IMG/VR virus record: IMGVR_UViG_3300027899_000008
Direction: 5' to 3' (one strand)
Source: a virus
Length of the DNA: 64,000 nt
A program made the position numbers and the translations under genes. Shown piece by piece: positions 57,060 to 64,000 of this stretch. The notes under the pieces are model-generated. The model was not told the DNA's origin, searched no databases, and worked only from the letters and a program-made list of their open reading frames with translations. Numbering within the stretch: position 1 is the first letter of the stretch; the number at the start of each line of letters is the position of its first letter.

Positions 57060-58790
57060 TCAGTTATTTATCATTCTACTGAAATTATTCTTCTTTTCAA
57101 ACAAGATTATATTAGAAAATTTATCAACAAGTTGGTCTGCTTTGTGACTAATTACATATACATTTGCCCTATCCGACACTATCTTTAGCAACTTCATCAA
57201 TTCATCCATTCCCATTCCATCCAAGGAAGAATCAAATACCTCATCCAAAATGAGAAGATTACAACTAACGCTATTCTTCATTCTTGCTATTTCTCTCCAT
57301 GCGAGAAGCAGTGCTAAATCTATGCGCATTTTCTCACCCTCGCTGAAGTTCATATAGGAGAATTCATCGCGGTGACGAGATTTAATCTGTTCATTGAATT
57401 CCTCATCCATATGAAATTGAACATAGAAATCCATAGATGCTAGAAACTTATTGATGAACTTATTCATGTATGGGAGATAATGCTTGATTATCTTAGTTTT
57501 AACCCCACCATCTCTCAGAAGTTCATTTGTAAGTTCATGATACATCAGGTCTTCTGATTCAGTTTCCTTTTGAAGAACAATAATGGAAAAGGATTCTTCG
57601 AATACCTTCAGTTTTTCCTTTTCCTCTACAATGCCATCCTTAATTGATGACTTCTGCATAGTGCCACGAATGCGTTCAATTTCTTTCTGATATGCTTCGA
57701 TTTCCTTGTTGAAGGAATTTACTTCATGAATCGTATTGATTATATCCTGAATTTGACTTTCAAGTCTAGTGACATCATCCTGAAGACTATTACTATGGTC
57801 TTTGGTCTTAATAATATCATCTTCTATATTAGAAATCTCGTAATTATTCATAAGCACCTTTTCCTTCTTGACTTTATCCTCAATTGGTTGAGTGCAAGTT
57901 GGACAGGTGCAATTTTCCTTAAAGAAGTGTATTTCCTTCTGCTTTTGTTCTTTTGAATTATTAAGTGTGGCGATATGTGTGCGGCAATCCTGAATTCTGT
58001 TGGTTTTGTCCTTTAGAATTTTCTTTCCACCATTCATATCTTCTTGTAGTTTTCCAACCGAAAGATTTTTGGATACTAAATCAAATTGAATTGTTTGAAT
58101 CTTTCTCTCTAGTTCAGTAATTCTTTCATTCTTCACATCATCATCTTCGTTGTTCTTTTTCTCAAGAGTAGAAATATAACTTCTCTGAACTTGAATCTTG
58201 TTCTTTTCAATTTCAATCTTTGTATTCAGTTCTCTAATTCCTTCCTTCAACGAAAAAATCTTACCCTTAAGAACAACATTCATTGTGCTGAAGATATCAA
58301 TGTCAAGAATATTTTCAATTACACTTCTGCGGTCAACAGCACTCAACTGCATGAATGGAACAAACGACGAACTACCAAGAATCACCACTTGAGTGAATGT
58401 CTTGTAATTCATCTTTAAAATCTGTGTCTCTAGCAATTCCTGATAATCAAGACTCTTCGCATCTTGATTGATTAATTCAGTATTCTTATAAATTTCAAAC
58501 AACCGAGGATTGATTCCTCTCTTGATTAAAAATTTATCAACACCCTTGGTGAATTCAACCTCTACTAAACAATTCTTAGTATTAATCGAATTAGGCAATT
58601 GTGGAATATTAATCTTCCGAAATGGTTTTCCGAACAAAGCAAATGTTATAGAATCGAGAAAGGCAAAAGATTTTCCACTTCCATTATTACCACAAATAAG
58701 AGTTGTGTTGTTTACATCAAGAATAATTTCTGTTAATGTATTTCCAAACGAACCAAAATTCTTGAATCTTACTTTCTCAAAACGAATCAT
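57060..58790 (-). CDS. gp46: Rad50/SbcC-like recombination ATPase
   Basis: GNNGSGKS, CPTC zinc hook, FSEGEK, LILDE, ISH. Confidence 0.96.
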   Translation of the reverse strand: MIRFEKVRFKNFGSFGNTLTEIILDVNNTTLICGNNGSGKSFAFLDSITFALFGKPFRKINIPQLPNSINTKNCLVEVEFTKGVDKFLIKRGINPRLFEIYKNTELINQDAKSLDYQELLETQILKMNYKTFTQVVILGSSSFVPFMQLSAVDRRSVIENILDIDIFSTMNVVLKGKIFSLKEGIRELNTKIEIEKNKIQVQRSYISTLEKKNNEDDDVKNERITELERKIQTIQFDLVSKNLSVGKLQEDMNGGKKILKDKTNRIQDCRTHIATLNNSKEQKQKEIHFFKENCTCPTCTQPIEDKVKKEKVLMNNYEISNIEDDIIKTKDHSNSLQDDVTRLESQIQDIINTIHEVNSFNKEIEAYQKEIERIRGTMQKSSIKDGIVEEKEKLKVFEESFSIIVLQKETESEDLMYHELTNELLRDGGVKTKIIKHYLPYMNKFINKFLASMDFYVQFHMDEEFNEQIKSRHRDEFSYMNFSEGEKMRIDLALLLAWREIARMKNSVSCNLLILDEVFDSSLDGMGMDELMKLLKIVSDRANVYVISHKADQLVDKFSNIILFEKKNNFSRMINN

Positions 58791-59518
58791 TCAATAATGC
58801 TTTCTGGTACAATCATTGACCTAAACTGAAGAGAATCTATTGAATTTTTGCCACATGTAGTACATGGAGTTTTTGTCATAGCCTGAGTGAATGCTGCTGG
58901 CATTCCCTCTGGAATATCAGACCTAGGATGTAACTTAGATATATCTTGAAATCTCTTTGCCATTTCTTTTCCATAATACCAAGTGATTTCTTCATCTTTG
59001 CGAATTGTTCGCAAAGCAATCATCTTGACTCGTTTGAATGGTTTTTCAAGTTGAATATATGCGTTTGGAGTATTGGAATGATTATATACCAAACCATTTC
59101 CTGTTGGCATATACATGGTATTTCCATTCATATTACAGATATCACAATCGCAATCCCAAACCCATGCGTATCTATTCAACACCCAATCCTTACAGGACTT
59201 AGTTGTCGTGTCAAGAATAATAGTTTTCATTTCCTCAATACATTCTCCGGAAACAAAATCTTTAGCAGCAAATACTCCATGCTCATGAATGTTTGATTTA
59301 CTCACATAACACTTGGGTGGCGCATATAATGCGGTATGAGAATATACGGATTTGCCATCTTCTGTATCTAATCGCATTCCAATATAATTGGAGTGTGAAG
59401 TACGAATCGGTAATCCCCGTTCATCAATTTTTAGTTTTTGATTATCCTCTGAGTTTTTATCCATTGTAAATTTAACTTGTTCTTCGTTTTCGATTTCAAT
59501 TTGTTCATTATTATTCAT
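58787..59518 (-). CDS. SET-domain protein-lysine methyltransferase
   Basis: HGVFAAKD..GE, YNHS..PNA, ALRTIRKDEEITWYYG. Confidence 0.85.
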   Translation of the reverse strand: MNNNEQIEIENEEQVKFTMDKNSEDNQKLKIDERGLPIRTSHSNYIGMRLDTEDGKSVYSHTALYAPPKCYVSKSNIHEHGVFAAKDFVSGECIEEMKTIILDTTTKSCKDWVLNRYAWVWDCDCDICNMNGNTMYMPTGNGLVYNHSNTPNAYIQLEKPFKRVKMIALRTIRKDEEITWYYGKEMAKRFQDISKLHPRSDIPEGMPAAFTQAMTKTPCTTCGKNSIDSLQFRSMIVPESIIE

Positions 59519-60576
59519 AGTTTTAAACTTTCCATATACAAGTCTTTGATAATGTTTTTAAGTTTTAATTTATCAATATCTCGTTCAATCGCATCAATCT
59601 CGCGATTGATGATGCTCATTGTATCTTCGCCTTCGTCAAAGTCAACCCCTTCACTAGGAGTTAACACCGACATATCATCCACAATAGATATGTCTTGAAC
59701 TTGTTTACCCCACAATGCGTCTAATAATTTATCAAACATATTTTGTTTCGTTTTCATTCGCACAAAAATACGAACAAATCCACCCTTGAGGTCTGATTTG
59801 GAAACAAAATTAGCAATGTTCTTGATGCCTTGTTCTGTGGAATCATCATAGGTAAAGGTATGAAATATATCATTTTCGTTTTGAATAAATTCAAGTTCCA
59901 TTGTCGATGTGTCGAGAACATGAAATCCCTTTTTGGAATTCACATCTCCAAAATTCATCTGATATTGACTTCCAAGATAAAATATATTACCTTCGTTTTG
60001 CTTTATGTGGAAGTGACCAGAAAGAACCATTTCAAATTTATTGAATTGCTTGGATGTAAGACCATGGGTGTGCTTCACTCCACTCATTACTTGAAATCCA
60101 GCAATCTCTAAATGACCACAAAGAACCCTACACGATGAGTTCTCTATGAATTTCAATGTATGTTCTAGGTTATCGGGAGTAATCCAAGGAATGATTGATA
60201 AACATAGGTTATCAAATTTCATTTCAGTTGGTTTTTCGACCAATACAAAATTACTATAGTTGGCAAATAATTCCTTAATCGAATTAATTTCATTTGTATT
60301 TCTATAGTATGTGTCATGGTTTCCAAGCGTGACATACATCAGAATATTATGTTGTTGTAAAGGTTCAACAAATTGTTTGCGAACAGAAGCAAGAGTATTG
60401 AAATTTACATACTTCCGTCGGTCAAAGAAATCGCCAAGATGAATGATGGTGTCTATTTTATTTTCTAGTAGATATGGTATGAATGTATGCTGTAGATAAT
60501 TAAGAATATGCTGTAAGAATAAAGGTGAATCATTTCTTACACCGAAATGCGTATCATTCACAATGGCAATTTTCAC
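59515..60576 (-). CDS. gp47: Mre11/SbcD-like recombination nuclease
   Basis: DTHFG, GDFFDRR, GNHD, GHLE, SGHFH. Confidence 0.96.
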   Translation of the reverse strand: MKIAIVNDTHFGVRNDSPLFLQHILNYLQHTFIPYLLENKIDTIIHLGDFFDRRKYVNFNTLASVRKQFVEPLQQHNILMYVTLGNHDTYYRNTNEINSIKELFANYSNFVLVEKPTEMKFDNLCLSIIPWITPDNLEHTLKFIENSSCRVLCGHLEIAGFQVMSGVKHTHGLTSKQFNKFEMVLSGHFHIKQNEGNIFYLGSQYQMNFGDVNSKKGFHVLDTSTMELEFIQNENDIFHTFTYDDSTEQGIKNIANFVSKSDLKGGFVRIFVRMKTKQNMFDKLLDALWGKQVQDISIVDDMSVLTPSEGVDFDEGEDTMSIINREIDAIERDIDKLKLKNIIKDLYMESLKL

Positions 60577-61142
60577 TTCTTCTTCCTTTTCTTTTTAATT
60601 TTCTTCTCGGGTTCCATGTTTTTAACATCGGTTTCGCTCAGAGAGAAGTGTTTGGATAAAAAATCAGAATATGATGTAACATCTGGTTGTGATTTTAACC
60701 AATTGACTATTTTACCATCAAAATCATTCATCTGTAAGCATTTATATTTAACATATGCTTGTTTCTTTTCTTTTTCTATTCTTCTCAAGAACGCATAATA
60801 AATTATCTGAGTAAAATAAGAAAATGGATTTGATGATTTATCTGGATCAAAATTGTGAGCATATAATACGCAATTTTCTATTCCATCTCCAACCATATCT
60901 TCCCTAAATGGGTAGTTTATAAAGTTGGGACGATGAGACAGATGTTCTGCGATTTTTATAAAACATTCAGCAATATAATCGGTAAGAGGTGGTTTTTTCT
61001 CTTCTCCAGATTCTTCATATTCTTTTAAAGTTTTCTTCCACTCTTCCATTGATTTACAAAATCTTTTATTGTCAATATAGTGCTTTGCAGTATTGACTTC
61101 TTTTTCAATTATTGAATCTTTATCGTCTGGAGTGTTTTTCAT
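60573..61142 (-). CDS. gp55: Late-transcription sigma factor
   Basis: HYIDNK, IAE.LS.RPNFINY..REDM..DGIENC, NPFSYFTQI.YYAFLRRI.KEKKQ; likely start 61142. Confidence 0.95.
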   Translation of the reverse strand: MKNTPDDKDSIIEKEVNTAKHYIDNKRFCKSMEEWKKTLKEYEESGEEKKPPLTDYIAECFIKIAEHLSHRPNFINYPFREDMVGDGIENCVLYAHNFDPDKSSNPFSYFTQIIYYAFLRRIEKEKKQAYVKYKCLQMNDFDGKIVNWLKSQPDVTSYSDFLSKHFSLSETDVKNMEPEKKIKKKRKKK

Positions 61143-61149
61143 ATACTTG

Positions 61150-61177
61150 ATTATATCATATCTAAAAAATTTGTCAA
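61150..61177 (-). promoter_or_regulatory. Sigma70-type promoter of gp55 (predicted leaderless)
   Basis: TTGACA-N16-TATAAT with TGn extension; ATG 7 nt after the -10. Confidence 0.8.
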
Positions 61178-61216
61178 GCATTTATACAATTTTTATAAAA
61201 AATGACTGCTGTACCC

Positions 61217-61246
61217 TTGACAAGAGTTGGAACATGCGAGTATAAT
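61217..61246 (+). promoter_or_regulatory. Consensus sigma70 promoter on the + strand (antisense/divergent)
   Basis: TTGACA-N18-TATAAT; no credible sense ORF downstream. Confidence 0.6.
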
Positions 61247-61285
61247 CTCTGTGTGGGATTGAGAAGAAAAGAAGTGTTAAAGAAC

Positions 61286-62023
61286 TTACTTATACTCTTC
61301 TGAGCTAGGGTCAGGATTCCAATCACTATACTTGGAACCAAAATCCTTACGATCCTTCTCATCTCCAGTAAACCGATTCTTTCGCTTTACTTCCTTAATC
61401 ATTCTTAAAATATCTTTTGGATCAAGAAGTCCAGCAGTTATTAGATTCATAATTGCTTCGGATGGAAGCATCATACTTACATATATGCCATGACGATCCA
61501 TTTCTCTTGGATTCATTTCAGGAGATGGCATTTCATTATTATGTGATTTTCTTCTTCGTGGTCTTGGACGAGCAGACTCATAAGGATCAGATTCCTTTTC
61601 AGTCTCATCTGAAATACCACCATGTAATAATGAATTAAGAAAATCTTGAAATATATTCTCAGAACCAGTCGGGGCTTCTGAATTCGAAGCAGGTTCTTCA
61701 AAGGATGAATCGTCCCCATCCATCGAAACAACCTTTTCCTCTAATGTCTTTTCTGTTTCTATTTGAAGATGATATAATTTTTCTGTGTCTTTCTTTGGAT
61801 CACATTGAGTTACAATATGATTTTTAGGAATTTCCATGGTTTTATTTTCAGTGTGAATCAACCAATCACGCAATACCGTCATGTCATATGTGCCATTATG
61901 GTCTGCCATAGTGGAAGTGCGAAACACAAAAGGATTAGACACTATGAATTTAGTTTTAAATTCATCGATAATTTGACCTATAACTTCTTCACCGCTTCGA
62001 AGTTTGAATATTTTTAAATTCAT
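61286..62023 (-). CDS. Conserved T4-like hypothetical protein (Sm-like N-terminus)
   Basis: KIFKLRSGEEVIG..NP..W..I....IV pattern; position between uvsW and gp55. Confidence 0.65.
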   Translation of the reverse strand: MNLKIFKLRSGEEVIGQIIDEFKTKFIVSNPFVFRTSTMADHNGTYDMTVLRDWLIHTENKTMEIPKNHIVTQCDPKKDTEKLYHLQIETEKTLEEKVVSMDGDDSSFEEPASNSEAPTGSENIFQDFLNSLLHGGISDETEKESDPYESARPRPRRRKSHNNEMPSPEMNPREMDRHGIYVSMMLPSEAIMNLITAGLLDPKDILRMIKEVKRKNRFTGDEKDRKDFGSKYSDWNPDPSSEEYK

Positions 62024-63477
62024 TTAGTTTCTCCTAAATTTATTCGAATCTTGTCAAATTGGAAACTCTCATTAGTATATATGGTAGTTCGTTCATCTAG
62101 ATGTCTGAGAGCATGATTGCGATAACTCTTCCAACTCAGGTCATCGCCAATGTCATATATCGTCACTTTGCTCTTGGTATCTGATTTTCTCAAACCCCTT
62201 CCGATGGATTGTAATACTCGAATTACTGATTTAGATGGAGAAGCGAAAATAATGGCATTGATATTCTTAATATTGATACCAGTGCTACATGTGCCAAATG
62301 ATGCGACAAGAACGCTGTTATTGCTCTTATCAATGATTTTTCTTATTTGTTCTCTCTCTTCGATTTCTGTTTTACCACAGATAAGATACGACTGCTTTTT
62401 ATTAGTTTTTGAAATCTTCTGATATAAAGGTATTCCATGCTTTTCCACAAAGTTAAACAGAACAAGCACATTACCAGGAATACTAGTTGCGAGGTCTGTA
62501 ATAAATTTATTTCGTGTATCGTTGAGAACCAACCATTCAATTTCGTCAATGTATTTTGCACGCTTGATCTCCTGTACAGCTGTATTGGAATATCTAAGAA
62601 TCAAACACTCTATATTTAATTGAGCTAGAACCTCTTTATCTATAAGTTCTTTGGTGGATGTCACTTGATGAACTGCTCCAAATAATCCCTCAAGCACCAA
62701 TTTATGGACTTGTGTGCCATCAAGAGTTCCTGTAGTGCCAATTTTATACTCACAAGTTTTTAGTTTATGCATAATTTTAGTCAGTGATTTTGCTTTGAAC
62801 AGATGAGATTCATCACCAATGATGGCATCATATTCTGAGAAAAACTCTTCTGGTTGGTCATGTAGACTTTGCCATGTTGAAATTACCACTCTTGCGGTTG
62901 TTTGTTTTTCCTGTCCACCATATATCAAATGAATGCCCTTTGAAATTTCAGATGTATTAGCATAATCCTCAAAATCAGATTTTAATTGAGTCACAAGTCC
63001 TGTAGTTGGCACAACGATTAAAATCTTCTTCTTGGTTCGCTTCAGCAATTCTAAAATTATAAAATAAATGATAAGACTTTTACCAGAACCCGTTGGAGAT
63101 ATCAACATACATCTTTTGTTACTCAAAGCATGATGGACTGATTCTTTTTGATAATCATGAGGTTCAATTTGCTTTCCACCAGAGAATACTTTAGGAAATG
63201 TAATTTCACTGGTGTCTTCCAACAACGATGATTCATATTCCACCTTATATGCTCTATCCTTGGCAAACTGAAGAACATATGGAAGAAGTCCTTTGTATAT
63301 TCTCTGAGTTAGAAGATTATATAATCGAATCTTACCATCCCATTTCTTCTTGCGAAATGCTGGATTATATTCAGAATTAGGAACTTTGAAGGTGAAAAAC
63401 ATGCTCAATTCTTTTGAGATGGATTGTTCACAATCTATTTCGATGTGAACAGAATCTATGTTTTTGATTTTTATCAT
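62020..63477 (-). CDS. uvsW: SF2 helicase UvsW
   Basis: WDGKIRL, SPTGSGKS, DESH, TGT, QSIGRGLR. Confidence 0.96.
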   Translation of the reverse strand: MIKIKNIDSVHIEIDCEQSISKELSMFFTFKVPNSEYNPAFRKKKWDGKIRLYNLLTQRIYKGLLPYVLQFAKDRAYKVEYESSLLEDTSEITFPKVFSGGKQIEPHDYQKESVHHALSNKRCMLISPTGSGKSLIIYFIILELLKRTKKKILIVVPTTGLVTQLKSDFEDYANTSEISKGIHLIYGGQEKQTTARVVISTWQSLHDQPEEFFSEYDAIIGDESHLFKAKSLTKIMHKLKTCEYKIGTTGTLDGTQVHKLVLEGLFGAVHQVTSTKELIDKEVLAQLNIECLILRYSNTAVQEIKRAKYIDEIEWLVLNDTRNKFITDLATSIPGNVLVLFNFVEKHGIPLYQKISKTNKKQSYLICGKTEIEEREQIRKIIDKSNNSVLVASFGTCSTGINIKNINAIIFASPSKSVIRVLQSIGRGLRKSDTKSKVTIYDIGDDLSWKSYRNHALRHLDERTTIYTNESFQFDKIRINLGETK

Positions 63478-63908
63478 GATCCTTGAGTGAATCTAATCCA
63501 GTCAATAGTTGACCGAATATTCCAAATTTTATTCGCAATGATTTTCACTACACTCTCAAGATATGATACTTTTTCTTTTTGTACGAATATCTTATTTCCT
63601 AGAGTGATAACATCGATGTCGCTTTCGATAAATCGATCCAAATCTTGTTTTAATATGGATAAATCAAAAGGTTCCCATGCTCTTTTAGTTAGTTCTTCTT
63701 TGGACATTTTACCAGCATAATACAACCACTTATCTCGTTTGAGAATCTTTAATTTGGAATCCAAGGTTTCATAAATTATCTTCTCATCCATGAGAATACA
63801 GAGATATTTGTTATGTAATTGAGGAATACGACTAGATTCATCGTCTAGATGATTGGTGTCAATGATAACATCCAATTCCGCTTGTATTTTAATGTCAGTT
63901 AGAGTCAT
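63474..63908 (-). CDS. uvsY: Recombination mediator UvsY
   Basis: LDDES.RIP.LH.KY, KW.YY.GK, I...IDW.RF..G. Confidence 0.92.
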   Translation of the reverse strand: MTLTDIKIQAELDVIIDTNHLDDESSRIPQLHNKYLCILMDEKIIYETLDSKLKILKRDKWLYYAGKMSKEELTKRAWEPFDLSILKQDLDRFIESDIDVITLGNKIFVQKEKVSYLESVVKIIANKIWNIRSTIDWIRFTQGS

Positions 63909-63914
63909 AATATA

Positions 63915-63942
63915 ATAATACCTTAAATTAAGGATTTGTCAA
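63915..63942 (-). promoter_or_regulatory. Sigma70-type promoter of uvsY (predicted leaderless)
   Basis: TTGACA-N16-TATTAT; ATG 6 nt after the -10; palindrome CCTTAA-A-TTAAGG in the spacer. Confidence 0.7.
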
Positions 63943-64000
63943 TACATTGATTTCATAATGGGTATAAGAGAATGTACATGTCGCGACTACTGCGTCAGTA

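Noticed and set aside
61174-61362. 62-aa minus-strand ORF
   Set aside because: Overlaps the 61286 gene end and two promoters; no RBS or motif; probably spurious.
430-63720. Numerous short + strand and nested alternative-frame ORFs
   Set aside because: All overlap well-supported minus-strand genes and show no recognisable motifs.
1-64000. Stop-codon reassignment
   Set aside because: Core genes are full length in the standard code and TAA, TGA and TAG all end genes; fragmented genes are in different frames or separated by other genes.

Overview
64 kb of a large, AT-rich T4-like myovirus genome, with essentially all genes on the minus strand. In transcription order (right to left): uvsY, uvsW, gp55, gp47, a SET-domain gene, gp46, gp45, gp44, gp62 and regA. 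Next come a ~15 kb glycan island (about 10 glycosyltransferases, 4 methyltransferases and an apparently complete nucleotide-heptose pathway) and a ~22 kb island of modular fibre/collagen-like virion proteins. The window continues with dut, a DNA methyltransferase, a DNA polymerase gp43 split into two genes around trmH-like/tRNA-Gln/PEP-CTERM/hypothetical genes, uvsX, gp41, gp61 and thyX. It ends with a class II ribonucleotide reductase fractured into two genes that carry the halves of a naturally split intein (Cys1 ... His-Asn/Thr+1) around a free-standing HNH endonuclease, then a beta-barrel outer-membrane protein, a glycosyltransferase-like gene, a thermonuclease and a partial secreted cohesin-like gene. 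Main points: (1) the split-intein NrdJ at the KPSG/T site; (2) the intein-less split gp43; (3) two genes each inserted with a duplication of the 5' end of the downstream gene, leaving translationally coupled mini-ORFs; (4) a candidate virion glycosylation system of heptose pathway, glycosyltransferases and Thr-rich fibres; (5) sigma70 promoters with 16-bp spacers predicting leaderless mRNAs; (6) envelope cargo hinting at a Gram-negative PEP-CTERM-using host, possibly Phycisphaerae. All calls come from manual motif recognition; no searches were run.
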